The notes: generated by a model from the letters alone, not told the origin. A stretch of DNA of 64,000 bases from an uncultured Actinomycetota bacterium (GCA_963743915.1 CAVURN010000002.1:192001-256000), one strand, 5' to 3'; shown: positions 30,255 to 40,697, numbered from the stretch's first letter. Made by a program: numbers and translations.

Positions 30255-31302
30255 GCGCCCATACTCCGGCACCGCTTCATCGCTCTGGGACCCGGTGCTG
30301 ACCGGCCGACTCGACGAGCACCGGTTCGAGAGCCGCCTGCTCGAGGGCAACCCGCTCCAGGACCCGTCCGAGCGGCCGCTGCTGGTCTACCTGCCGCCCG
30401 GCTACGAGGAGGACGACTCGCGCCGGTACCCGTCCATCTATGTGATCCAGGGCTACACCGGCCAGGTCCTCATGTGGCGCAACCGCGAACCCTTCCGGCG
30501 GACCTTCATCGAGACCGTCGACGAGGTGTTCGCCGACGGTGCGCCCCCGTGCATCGTCGTCTTCGTCGACGCCTGGACGTCCTACGGCGGGAGCCAGTTC
30601 GTCGACTCTCCCGGCACCGGCCGCTACCACTCGTACCTGTGCGACGAGGTGGTCCCGTGGATCGACAGCCACTACCGCACGATCGACGCTCCCGGATCTC
30701 GCGCCATCACCGGCAAGTCGAGTGGAGGCTTCGGCGCGATGATCACGCCGATGCTTCGCCCCGACCTGTTCGGCGCGCTCGCGACCCATGCTGGAGATGC
30801 GCTCTACGAGTACTGCTACATCCCGGAGTTCCCGCAGGTCGTGCGCGCCCTCCGTCACTACGACGGCGACATCCAACGGTGGTGGGCGGAGTTCGGTTCC
30901 CGCCCACCGCTCGCCGATCCGAGCGACGCCGCCGTCCTCACCGCCCTCGGGGTCGCCGCATGCTTCTCCGCCGACGTGGACGGGACCCCGCAGCTCCCGT
31001 TCGACCCGGTGACCGGCACCCTGATCCCGGAGATCTGGGAGCGCTGGCTGGCATGGGACCCGGTACGGATGGTGCCGCAGCACCTGGACGCGGTGCGGTC
31101 ACTGTCTGCGGTGTGGATCGACGCGGGGACCCGCGATGACTACTCCCTTGACGTCGGGGCTCAGGCCTTCCACCAGGCCCTGCTCGACGCCGATGTGGAT
31201 CCCGGTCTGATCGCGTTCGAGCTCTTCGACGCCACGCACGCGGGGATCGGCTATCGCTATCCGATGGCGGTCGACTGGCTGGCACGGCGTCTCACGCGCT
31301 GA
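30253..31302 (+). CDS. Alpha/beta hydrolase, enterochelin-esterase-like
   Basis: VYLPPGY, GKSSGG nucleophile, DAG..D, H.GI.YRY. Confidence 0.88.
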   Translation: MRPYSGTASSLWDPVLTGRLDEHRFESRLLEGNPLQDPSERPLLVYLPPGYEEDDSRRYPSIYVIQGYTGQVLMWRNREPFRRTFIETVDEVFADGAPPCIVVFVDAWTSYGGSQFVDSPGTGRYHSYLCDEVVPWIDSHYRTIDAPGSRAITGKSSGGFGAMITPMLRPDLFGALATHAGDALYEYCYIPEFPQVVRALRHYDGDIQRWWAEFGSRPPLADPSDAAVLTALGVAACFSADVDGTPQLPFDPVTGTLIPEIWERWLAWDPVRMVPQHLDAVRSLSAVWIDAGTRDDYSLDVGAQAFHQALLDADVDPGLIAFELFDATHAGIGYRYPMAVDWLARRLTR

Positions 31303-31385
31303 GCGGCCGCGACGTCGCCGTCGATCTCGCGTAAGGACCTCATACTGGGCGGGTGGAATCGACCACCGAGGAACGACCGACGCTC

Positions 31386-31529
31386 ATGAATCGGCTGCTG
31401 CGCGCCACTGGCCGGGCGCTGCGGGCTGTGTGCGTTCCACTGGCCGCTTTGTTGATCTTCGCAGTGCTCGCCTCCATCACGGTGTTCGCGCTGTGGGTGC
31501 TCGTGGCGCTCAGCGAGGGCTTCAGCTGA
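31386..31529 (+). CDS. Putative 47-aa small membrane protein
   Basis: MNRLLRATGRALRAVCVPLAALLIFAVLASITVFALWVLVALSEGFS; below the ORF-track cutoff. Confidence 0.4.
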   Translation: MNRLLRATGRALRAVCVPLAALLIFAVLASITVFALWVLVALSEGFS

Positions 31530-31560
31530 CTGCGAGCGAGCACCGGTGACTTGACCTGCG

Positions 31561-31592
31561 TGGGGTACGAGGGGGACTCGAACCTCCAGGCT
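31561..31592 (-). repeat. Degenerate copy of a tRNA 3' end (att-like remnant)
   Basis: 26/32 columns identical by hand alignment to 32922-32953; includes a T-loop-like GGTTCGAGTCC and terminal CCA. Confidence 0.6.
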
Positions 31593-31702
31593 TGCCGGGC
31601 GCACGAGGCGAGCTGGCCCATGACCTTGTCGCAGTCGACCGTGAACCATCGAGTCCGGGGGCGGCAGTCTTGCGCAGTGGTGCCTCGTCCCGGCCCGGTG
31701 CT

Positions 31703-31728
31703 TCAGACGGCGCAGTCCACGGACCGAT
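31703..31728 (+). promoter_or_regulatory. Possible sigma-28/WhiG-type promoter TCAGA-N15-ACCGAT
   Basis: Ends 32 nt upstream of ATG 31761. Confidence 0.35.
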
Positions 31729-31760
31729 GTCAGTCCAGACAGCACAGGGGGTCGGCAGGA

Positions 31761-32877
31761 ATGGTGCGACAGTTGCGCACTTCAAAGCTCGCAGGAGGCG
31801 GCTCAGCGAGGCTGGTTGTCACTCGGCGGGGACGCATCGTGTGGGCCAATGGTTCGGCCCGGCGCTGTTTCGAGTCACGTGTTCTGCGTGGAGCGTTCGT
31901 TCTCGACTTCATGAGACTCGGTGAAGCGGTAGACGGTGTCGTCGACGGATGGGCGAAGGCTCAGGAACAGGCTTCATGGCGGCCGCTCCGCATAGAGGCC
32001 TTACCTTCGCAGCCCGCCTGGTGGCAACCTCTCATCTGCGCTACGTGTCAGCGAGCGTGAATGGCCGCTCGTCGATGAGCTAACCGCCTGTGGAAACCGC
32101 CAGGCAATGGACATTGCACTGCGTTCACTGAAGGAGCTGGGGTGTATCGCCCTTCTCGACCTCAACGGCTTCATGGCATTCAACTACGCACACGGTCACG
32201 ACGCTGGAGATACCGTCCTCGTCGTCATCGCCAACCGACTTCGGGCCGGGGTTGGAGACCGCGGAGCAGTCTTTCGCCCGGGGGGAAATGAGTTCGCCGT
32301 GCTCCTCCCCGGAATCGATTTGCAGCAATCGGAGGGTCTACTGGCCGAGTTGCTCACCGCCGTGGCCGAACCCATCCCAATCGGACAGGAAAGCCTCGCC
32401 ATCGGAACCGAGAGTGTCTCCACATCGGCAACGGCCGGACTAGCCACGGTCACCCCACAGAATCCCGAACGAAGCCTGAGGCTGGCAGACACCGCCCTCT
32501 ACCGAGCGAAGCGGCAAGGGGTGCCGTACACCGTCTACACGCATAAGCTCCCGCAGGCCATGCCATCGCTCACTGAGTGCCTGGACGACTATCTCGCCTG
32601 GCTTGCGGCTACTCACCCGGAGGAAGCCTGGACCGAGGTGCTCCTGCTTGACGACTGTGCGCCACAGCACGAACGACAGGCCCTGCCGCCCCAGGACTTC
32701 GCGGAACGGTGGAACACAATCGTCAGCACCGTAGAGCGGGACTGGGTGAACCTGACGTTCAAGGGATGCAGCGCGGGTGTTCTCGTGGTGGCGGTGGAGT
32801 GGACCCCGCCAGCGAAGGGCAGCGCGGTCAGGCCGGTTCATCCACTCTCGGTCAACTTCTCCGGCAAGCCTGAATGA
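31761..32877 (+). CDS. PAS-like + degenerate GGDEF (GGNEF) + unknown C-terminal domain (apparent frameshift about 31990-32035)
   Basis: GRIVWAN PAS-like motif; DELTACGNR just upstream of and in frame with 32107; LLDLNGF, HGHDAGD, RPGGNEF, ADTALYRAK. Confidence 0.7.
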
Positions 32878-32921
32878 TGAGGTTCTGGAAGAAGGGTCAA
32901 AGCGGCCGTGGAGCCACAAAA

Positions 32922-33008
32922 TGGTGTCCGAGGGGGGACTTGAACCCCCAAGCCCTTTCGGGCACTAGCACCTCAAGCTAGCGCGTCTGCCAATTCCGCC
33001 ACCCGGAC
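32922..33008 (-). tRNA. tRNA-Leu (anticodon GAG)
   Basis: GTCCGGGTGGCGGAATTGGCAGACGCGCTAGCTTGAGGTGCTAGTGCCCGAAAGGGCTTGGGGGTTCAAGTCCCCCCTCGGACACCA; long variable arm, encoded CCA. Confidence 0.97.
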
Positions 33009-33081
33009 GAGGCGAGTCGTCAGCCTACCAATCACGATTCGGCGTCCGAAAATCGGCCGGACCGGCGTGTGACCGGGCACC

Positions 33082-34425
33082 ATGGTGCCCGTGACCGAGC
33101 CTCATGCCACTGCGTCCAGCGACCCCGCCCGTGAGGTCGTCGACATCTGTCGGCGTCTCATCCAGCTCGACACGAGCAACTACGGCGACGACCCGCGCTC
33201 GCAGGAGCGCGACGCCGCCGAGTACGTGGCGGGCCTGCTGGCCGAGGTCGGGCTCGAGCCCGAGCTCGTCGAGGCGGCACCACGACGGACGAGCGTCTTC
33301 GCGCGGGTCCCCGGACAGGACCCCGATGCGGCGTCGCTGCTGCTGCACGGTCATCTCGACGTCGTCCCTGCCGACGCAGACGACTGGACGCACCCGCCGT
33401 TCGCCGCCGAGGTCCATGACGACGGCGGGGTCCCCATGGTCTGGGGGCGCGGCGCGATCGACATGAAGGACATGGACGCGATGATCCTGTCGTCCGTCCG
33501 CGATCGCCTCCGCACCGGTCGGCTGCCGCGACGTCCGCTCGTGCTCGCCTTCCTCGCCGACGAGGAGGCCGGCGGACTCGTCGGGTCTCACTGGCTCGTC
33601 GAGCACCGCCCCGACCTGTTCGAAGGGGTCGAGGTGGCGATCGGGGAGGTCGGGGGATTCAGCTTCACGGTGCGCGACGACCTGCGGCTCTACCTGATCG
33701 AGGCGGCCGAGAAGGGCATCGCGTGGATGGAGCTGGAGGCGGTCGGGCGTGCCGGCCACGGTTCGATGGTGAACCGTGAGAACGCCGTCACCCGGCTGAC
33801 CGAGACGGTGGCGCGGATCGGCTCACACACCTTCCCCGTCACCATGACCGCGACCGTCGAGCGGCTGCTGGCCGAGGTCCGCGACGCGCTCGACCTGGAC
33901 GCGGACACTCCGCCGGACGACGTGGTGGCCCGGCTCGGACCGATCGCACCGATGATCGGCGCCACGCTGCGGCACAGCGCCGCTCCGACGATGCTCGACG
34001 CCGGGTACAAGGCCAATGTGATCCCGGGCAGCGCCAGGGCGGTCGTCGACGGGCGGTTCCTGCCCGGTCGACGCGACGAGTTCCTCGCGACGATCGACGA
34101 GCTGCTGGGTCCCGATGTCACCCGCCGGCCGATCGTCGACGACATCGCGCTGGAGGCGCCGTTCGAGGGCTCGGTGGTGGACGCGATCGTCAAGTCGCTG
34201 CTGGAGCACGACCCCGTGGCGCGCGCGGTGCCGTACACCCTCAGCGGGGGAACGGACGCGAAGGCGTTCGCACAGCTCGGCATCCCGGGCTATGGCTTCG
34301 CCCCCCTCCGCCTGCCGCCCTCCCTCGCCTTCGCTGACCTCTTCCACGGCGTGGACGAGCGGGTTCCCGTCGACGCCCTCGAGTTCGGCGCGCGCGTGCT
34401 CGACAGGTTCCTCGACTTGGCCTGA
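33082..34425 (+). CDS. M20/M25/M40 family metallohydrolase
   Basis: HGHLDVVP, GRGAIDMK, DEEAGG, GEVGG, GGTD, HGVDER. Confidence 0.92.
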   Translation: MVPVTEPHATASSDPAREVVDICRRLIQLDTSNYGDDPRSQERDAAEYVAGLLAEVGLEPELVEAAPRRTSVFARVPGQDPDAASLLLHGHLDVVPADADDWTHPPFAAEVHDDGGVPMVWGRGAIDMKDMDAMILSSVRDRLRTGRLPRRPLVLAFLADEEAGGLVGSHWLVEHRPDLFEGVEVAIGEVGGFSFTVRDDLRLYLIEAAEKGIAWMELEAVGRAGHGSMVNRENAVTRLTETVARIGSHTFPVTMTATVERLLAEVRDALDLDADTPPDDVVARLGPIAPMIGATLRHSAAPTMLDAGYKANVIPGSARAVVDGRFLPGRRDEFLATIDELLGPDVTRRPIVDDIALEAPFEGSVVDAIVKSLLEHDPVARAVPYTLSGGTDAKAFAQLGIPGYGFAPLRLPPSLAFADLFHGVDERVPVDALEFGARVLDRFLDLA

Positions 34426-34426
34426 C

Positions 34427-34642
34427 TCACACCGTGTGCGGGCGCGCAGCCACCCGGACGCGGCGGCGTCGCAGCCAGACCCGGCAGCGGCCGTCGACGT
34501 ACCGCCGGACCCGCCAGAGCTCCCAGCGGCCGTACTCCGCGTGCTCGGTGAGGACCTGTCGGATCTCGGCGCGGCTGCTGGAGCGCGGGAACTCGATCCG
34601 CCACGTCTCGTACTCGACCGCTCTCGCTCCGATGCCGCTCAC
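34427..34642 (-). CDS. DUF5703 family protein
   Basis: EYE...LTEHAEYGRWEL.R.R.Y.DG...VWLRRR. Confidence 0.8.
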   Translation of the reverse strand: MSGIGARAVEYETWRIEFPRSSSRAEIRQVLTEHAEYGRWELWRVRRYVDGRCRVWLRRRRVRVAARPHTV

Positions 34643-34661
34643 CCCCTGACTTGCCCGAGGC

Positions 34662-35658
34662 CTACTCGGCACCGGCCGGACGCTGGTTCCAGCCGTGCTC
34701 GGGATACCCCTGGGCCGGACGCGAGACCTCATCGAGCGCGGTGACGATCTCCTGGGGCAGCTCCAGGGACTCCGCCGCGAGCGACCCGAGCAGCTGGGCG
34801 GCGGTCCGGGCACCCACGATCGCGGTGGTGACGCCGGGGCGGTCGCGAACCCAGGCCAGCGCCACCTCCAACGGGGCAACGCCCAGTCCGGCGGCAGCGG
34901 TCACCACGGCATCCACGATGTGCTGGCTGCGCTCGTCGAGGAACGGTCGGACGAAGTCGGTGAAGTGCTCGGACGCGGCCCGCGAGTCCGAGGGGGTGCC
35001 GGTGCGGTACTTGCCCGTCAGTACGCCGCGTCCCAGGGGTGACCAGGCCAGGATCCCGGCACCCGCTTCGGCCAGTGCGGGCACCACCTCCCGTTCGATC
35101 CCGCGCTGCAAGCAGCGAGTACTCGACCTGGCTGGCGACCAGCGGAGCACGGCCGGGGTACGCCCGCTGCCAGGCGCAGGCCCACGCGGTCTGCCAACCG
35201 CAGTAGTTGGAGATGCCGACGTACCGTGCCTTGCCCGAGCGCACCGCCTCGTCCGCGGCCGAGAGGGTCTCCTCGATGGGCGTCAACGGGTCCCAGGCGT
35301 GGAACTGCCACAGATCGACGTAGTCCGTCCCGAGCCGCCGCAGTGAGGCGTCCAGGGAGGAGAGCAGATACCCGCGTGAGGCGTCGAAGCGACGTTCGGT
35401 GCCGGGCCGGCTGGCGGCCTTGGTGGCGATGACGACGTCCTGCCGCGCGCAGACGTCCCCGACGAGGGCGCCGACGATCCGCTCGCTGGCACCGTCGACG
35501 TAGACGTCAGCGGTGTCGACCAGGGTGCCGCCGGCGTCGCAGAAGGCCGCCAGCTGGTCGCGAGCCTCGTGCTCGTCGGTGTCACGTCCCCACGTCATGG
35601 TGCCGAGGCCGAGGCGCGACACGGTGAGGCCGGTGGCCCCCAGACGGCGTTGCTCCAT
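34662..35658 (-). CDS. Aldo/keto reductase (apparent frameshift near 35110)
   Basis: LGLGTMTWG, DTADVY, SLRRLGTDYVDL, GISNY, WSPLGRG. Confidence 0.92.
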
Positions 35659-35761
35659 GGGGGCGAAGCGTAGCGATCAGCGGTGGGTAGAGTCCGACGC
35701 CATGCGGAGGATGCGTGCCCACTCGGACCCTCGTCTCGCCGGTTCGACCGGACAGGCGCCG

Positions 35762-36592
35762 GTGAGCTGGCTCGAGGCGATCCTGCTCGGCATCCTGCAG
35801 GGCCTGACCGAGTTCCTGCCGATCTCCAGCAGCGCCCACCTGGCCATCTTCCCCCAGCTGTTCGGGCGACCGGACCCCGGCGCGTCCTTCACCGCGGTCA
35901 CCCAGATCGGCACCGAGCTGGCCGTCATCTGGTACTTCCGCAAGGACCTCTGGCGGATCGGCATCACCTGGTTGCGATCCCTGTTCGACCCGGCGCTGCG
36001 GGGCCGCATCGACGCCCGGATGGGCTGGTACATCATCTTGGGCACGATCCCGATCGGTGTCGCAGGCGTCCTGCTCGAGGAGACCATCCAGACGTCGTTC
36101 CGGAACCTCTGGGTGATCGGCGTCAACCTGGTGCTCTTCGGGGTGATCCTCGGCGTGGTGGACCGGCTGGCCGCCAACGCACGTCCGCTGGAACGGCTGA
36201 ACCTGCGGGACGCCCTGCTCTACGGCGGGGCCCAGATGCTCGCGCTCGTGCCTGGTGTCTCGCGCTCCGGAGCGACCATCAGCATGGGCCTTGCCCTCGG
36301 GTACACCCGTGAGGCGGCGACCCGGTACGCGTTCCTGCTGGCCATCCCCGCTGTCGTCGCGTCGGCGATCTTCCAGCTGCCCGACGTCAGTGCGTCCGCC
36401 GAGCCCGGGATGGCCAAGACCCTCGTGGCGACGGTGGTCGCCTTCGTGGTGGGCTACGCGGTCATCGCCTGGCTGCTGCGCTACCTGCGGACGCGCTCCT
36501 ACCTGCCGTTCGTCATCTACCGCATCGCGCTGGGGATGCTCGTCCTGGTCCTGCTGTCAGCGGGCGTCCTCGATTCCACGATCGCCGGTTGA
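35762..36592 (+). CDS. uppP: Undecaprenyl-diphosphate phosphatase (start may be 35702)
   Basis: QGLTEFLPISSSAHL, PGVSRSG. Confidence 0.95.
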   Translation: MSWLEAILLGILQGLTEFLPISSSAHLAIFPQLFGRPDPGASFTAVTQIGTELAVIWYFRKDLWRIGITWLRSLFDPALRGRIDARMGWYIILGTIPIGVAGVLLEETIQTSFRNLWVIGVNLVLFGVILGVVDRLAANARPLERLNLRDALLYGGAQMLALVPGVSRSGATISMGLALGYTREAATRYAFLLAIPAVVASAIFQLPDVSASAEPGMAKTLVATVVAFVVGYAVIAWLLRYLRTRSYLPFVIYRIALGMLVLVLLSAGVLDSTIAG

Positions 36593-36616
36593 ACGCCCGC
36601 CACCTAGGGTTGTGGC

Positions 36617-37340
36617 GTGACCACCGTCCTGCTCATCCGTCACGGCCGCAGCACCGCGAACACCAACGGCACCCTTGCGGGCTGGACGCCGGGCGTCGAC
36701 CTCGACGACGCCGGACGCGAACAGGTTGCCTCCCTGGCCGGTCGACTGGCGTCGGTACCCCTTGCCGGGGTGGTGACCAGTCCGCTCGAGCGGTGTCAGC
36801 AGACCACCGAGGCGGTCGTCGCCGACCGGGACATCGAGGTCTTCGTCGAGCCGGACGTCGCCGAGGTGCACTACGGCGACTGGACGGGTGAGTCGCTCAA
36901 GCAGCTCGCGAAGCAGCCGCTGTGGAAGGTCGTCCAGCAGCACCCGAGTGCGGCTCGCTTCCCCGGCGCCGACGGAGAGAGCCTCGCTGCCATGCAGCAC
37001 CGTGCCGTGTCGGCGGTCCGTCGGTGGAACGAGACCTTCGGGCCCGACATCCACCTACGCGGTCGTGTCCCACGGTGACGTCATCAAGGCGCTGCTGGCC
37101 GATGCCCTCGGACTGCACCTCGACCTGTTCCAGCGCATCGTCGTCGACCCGGCGTCGCTCAGTGTCATCCGGTACGGGGTGACCCGGCCGTTCGTCGAAC
37201 GGCTCAACGACACCGGCGGTGACACCACCGCGTTGATGCCGCCGCGGCGCAAGCGCAGTCGGACGAAGGCCGCTGACGACGCGGTCGTCGGCGGTGGAGC
37301 CGGAGCCGTGTCCGCCAAGCCCCGGAGGAGGTCGTCGTGA
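36617..37340 (+). CDS. MSMEG_4193-family histidine phosphatase (apparent frameshift near 37050)
   Basis: RHGRSTAN, SPLERC, EVHYGDWTG, SHGDVIK. Confidence 0.88.
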
Positions 37341-37870
37341 CCGTCCACTCGTACCTCGACCCTGAGCGCTTCGTCACCGGAACCGTCGGCCCGCCGGGGC
37401 AGCGGGTGTTCTTCCTGCAGGCGCACGACAGTGGCCGCACCACGAGCGCAGCGCTCGAGAAGGAGCAGGTGCGGGTTCTCGCCGAGCGCCTCGACACCAT
37501 GCTCGACCTGCTCACGCGGCGCGGCGTCGGCCACCAGCAGGTGCCGGTGGTGGCCGACCCCGCGGACAAGGACGTCGCGCCCCTCGAGACGCCGGTCGAG
37601 GAGGACTTCCGCGTCGCGGTGCTCCGGATCGCCTGGGACGGCGATGCCGATCGGGTGCTCATCGAGGCGGCATCCGAACCTGCCGAGGACGACGACGAGC
37701 TGAGCGGTGAGGTGCTCGCCGTGCGGATCACCGGCTCGGCGGCCCGGGCGTTCGTCGACCGTGCCGAGTCGGTCGTGGCCGCGGGGCGTCCGCCCTGCCC
37801 CTTCTGCACCCTCCCGCTGGACCCCGAGGGGCACATCTGCCCGCGTCAGAACGGCTACCGCAGACGATGA
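37337..37870 (+). CDS. DUF3090 family protein
   Basis: GTVGPPGQRVFFLQA, LEKEQV, GRPPCPFC...GHICPR.NG. Confidence 0.9.
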   Translation: MTVHSYLDPERFVTGTVGPPGQRVFFLQAHDSGRTTSAALEKEQVRVLAERLDTMLDLLTRRGVGHQQVPVVADPADKDVAPLETPVEEDFRVAVLRIAWDGDADRVLIEAASEPAEDDDELSGEVLAVRITGSAARAFVDRAESVVAAGRPPCPFCTLPLDPEGHICPRQNGYRRR

Positions 37871-38583
37871 GCCTGAGCACGGGCGAGCTCGAACGGGGCG
37901 AGCTCACGGTGGTCGGCCAGCTCGTCGACGCCAGCAACGGAAGCCTCCTCTGCACGCTCGACGGACTCGGCGTCGATCCCGGCCCCTTCGTCATCTACAA
38001 GCCGCGGGCGGGGGAGCGACCGTTGTGGGACTTCCCGACCGGGACGCTGAGCCGCCGTGAGGTGGCTGCCTTCGTGGTGTCGGACAGCCTGGGGTGGCCG
38101 ATCGTGCCCCCGACGGTCTGGCGGGACGGGCCCTTCGGCCCCGGGATGGTGCAGGAGTGGGTGGACGTCGACACCGAGGCCGACGTCGTGGAGCTCGTCC
38201 AGAGCGACCGTGAGGACCTCCGGCGGATCGCGGTGTTCGACGCCGTCATCAACAACGGGGACCGCAAGGGTGGCCATCTGCTTCCCACCCACGCGGGGCA
38301 CATCTGGGGGATCGACCACGGCGTCACGTTCGCCGTCGAGGACAAGCTGCGCACCGTCCTCTGGCAGTGGCGCGGCCACCCCATCCCCACCCCGCTCCTG
38401 GAGGATCTGGAGCGGTGGCAGACGGCATGGAACGCCACCGACGGTCCCGCGGAGCGATTGTCGGGCTACCTGTCCGAGGAGGAGGTGGAGACGGTCGAGG
38501 CGCGCGTCCGCGCCCTGCTCCGCACCCGCACACACCCCCAGCCGTCCCCGGACTGGCCAGCCATCCCGTGGCCGCCCTTCTAG
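37867..38583 (+). CDS. SCO1664-family PI3/4-kinase-like protein
   Basis: [30 protein letters not shown]. Confidence 0.9.
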   Translation: MSLSTGELERGELTVVGQLVDASNGSLLCTLDGLGVDPGPFVIYKPRAGERPLWDFPTGTLSRREVAAFVVSDSLGWPIVPPTVWRDGPFGPGMVQEWVDVDTEADVVELVQSDREDLRRIAVFDAVINNGDRKGGHLLPTHAGHIWGIDHGVTFAVEDKLRTVLWQWRGHPIPTPLLEDLERWQTAWNATDGPAERLSGYLSEEEVETVEARVRALLRTRTHPQPSPDWPAIPWPPF

Positions 38584-38608
38584 TTCTGCACCGCTAGGCT
38601 CACCCGTC

Positions 38609-39845
38609 GTGGAGACCTGGTCGCAGCCACCGCTGCCCACGCTGCCCGGCACCGGCCCGGCGCTCGTTCTCCACGACACCGCGACCCGCTCGCCTCGTCC
38701 CACCGAGCCGGGCGCGACCGCCCGCCTGTACGTCTGCGGGATCACCCCCTACGACGCCACCCATCTCGGGCACGCCGCGACGTACGTCGCCTTCGACCTC
38801 GTGCAACGGGTCTGGCTGGACGCCGGTCACGACGTGCACTACGTGCAGAACGTCACCGACGTCGACGACCCGCTGCTCGAACGCGCCGTCGCGACCGGCC
38901 AGGACTGGCGCGAGCTCGCTCGAGCCGAGACCGCACTGTTCCGCGAGGACATGGCCGCGCTCGGCGTCCTGCCGCCGCGTGACTACATCGGCGCGGTCGA
39001 GTCGATCCCGCTCGTGGTGGACCGGATCGACGAGCTGCTCGAGTCCGGTGCTGCCTACCACCTCGACGGAGACATCTACTACTCGGTCGCCAGCGACGAG
39101 CAGTTCGGTTTCGTCAGCTCCTACCCCCGCGAGCGGATGCTCGAACTGTTCGCCGAGCGCGGGGGAGACCCGGCCCGCGCGGGCAAGAAGGATGCCGCTC
39201 GACCCGCTGTTGTGGCAGGCGGAACGGCCCGGCGAGCCGGCGTGGGACACCCACTTCGGACACGGCCGCCCGGGATGGCACATCGAGTGCACCGCCATCG
39301 CGCTGCACCATCTGGGCAACGGGTTCGACGTGCAGGGCGGAGGCAGCGACCTGATCTTCCCGCACCACGAGATGGGGACCTCCCAGGCCCACCTGCTCAC
39401 CGGTGACCGCCCCTTCGCCCGACACTTCGTGCACGCCGGCATGGTCGGACTGGGCGGCGAGAAGATGTCGAAGTCGAAGGGGAACCTGGTCTTCGTCTCC
39501 CGGCTCCGTGACGACGGCCATCCACCCATGGCGATCCGACTGGCCCTGCTCGCGCACCACTACCGGTCCGACTGGGAGTGGACGGACGACGATCTCACCG
39601 CAGCGCAGGACCGGCTGCTCCGCTGGACCTACGCGGCCACCGCCGAGCGAGGGCCGGACGCAGCCGGCGTGCTGGACGGCGTGCGCCGGGCCCTGGCCGA
39701 CGACCTCGACGCTCCGGCCGCGCTGGGCGTCATCGATGCCTGGGCCGAGCTGGTCGCCCTCGGCGAGGGTGAGGACACCGACGCACCGCAGCAGGTGGCC
39801 GACGTCGCTGAGGCGCTGCTCGGCGTGCGGCTGCGCGACGACTGA
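38609..39845 (+). CDS. mshC: Cysteine:GlcN-Ins ligase MshC (apparent frameshift near 39196)
   Basis: [36 protein letters not shown]. Confidence 0.95.
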
Positions 39846-39854
39846 CTCGCCGCC

Positions 39855-40697
39855 TCAGTCGTCCTCGCGGCGACGCAGGTACCGTTCGAACTCGCGCGCG
39901 ATGGCGTCGCCGCTCGCCTCGGGCAGATCGGCGGTGTCGCGCGCCTCTTCGAGCGAGCGCACGTACTCGGCGACCTCGTCGTCATCGTGCGCGAGCTCGT
40001 CGACGCCCCGCTCCCACGCCACCGCCTCGTCCTCGAGGTCGCCCACGGGCAGCGTGAGGTCGAGGGCGTCCTCGAGGGCGCGGAGCAGCGCCAGGGTCGC
40101 CTTGGGGCACGGCGCCTGCGCGACGTAGTGCGGCACGGCCGCCCAGAAGGAGAGTGTCTCGATGCCGGCGCGGGTGAATCCCTCGGTGAGGGCGCCGACG
40201 ATGCCGGTCGGCCCTTCGTAGCGGGTGAGCTCGACCCCGAGCCGCTCGGCGATCGCGGGGTCGGAGGCGACGGAGGTGACGGGCACCGGTCGCGTGTGCG
40301 GGGTGTCCGCCAGCAGGCTGCCGACCGTGATCACCCGCTCGACGTCGAGCTCGAAGGCCAGGCCGATGATCTCGCTGATGAAGCTGCGCCACCGCATGCT
40401 GGGCTCGATCCCTCTGACCACCACGAGATCGGGACCGCCGGAGATCGACGTGGCGTAGGCCGAGGTGGCCGGCCAGGTGATCTCGCGGACACCACGGTCC
40501 CCGACCGAGATGATCGGGCGGTTGACCTGGAAGTCGTAGTAGTCCTCGGGGTCGACGTCGGCGAAGCGCTCGCCGGGGAAGTGCTGCAGCAGGTGGTCGA
40601 CGAGCCCGGTGGCCGACTCGGCGGCGTCGTTCCAGCCCTCGAACGCAGCCACGAGGATGGGCTGGTCGAGCGACGGGAGGCCCTCCAGCTCGATCAT
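39855..40697 (-). CDS. PAC2 family (proteasome assembly chaperone-like) protein
   Basis: AAFEGWNDAA, YYDFQVNRP, GIEPSMRW, AAVPHY. Confidence 0.9.
   Translation of the reverse strand: MIELEGLPSLDQPILVAAFEGWNDAAESATGLVDHLLQHFPGERFADVDPEDYYDFQVNRPIISVGDRGVREITWPATSAYATSISGGPDLVVVRGIEPSMRWRSFISEIIGLAFELDVERVITVGSLLADTPHTRPVPVTSVASDPAIAERLGVELTRYEGPTGIVGALTEGFTRAGIETLSFWAAVPHYVAQAPCPKATLALLRALEDALDLTLPVGDLEDEAVAWERGVDELAHDDDEVAEYVRSLEEARDTADLPEASGDAIAREFERYLRRREDD

Noticed and set aside
31561-31650. A second complete tRNA gene
   Set aside because: Only the T-arm and acceptor 3' strand are present; no matching 5' acceptor strand, D-arm or anticodon arm.
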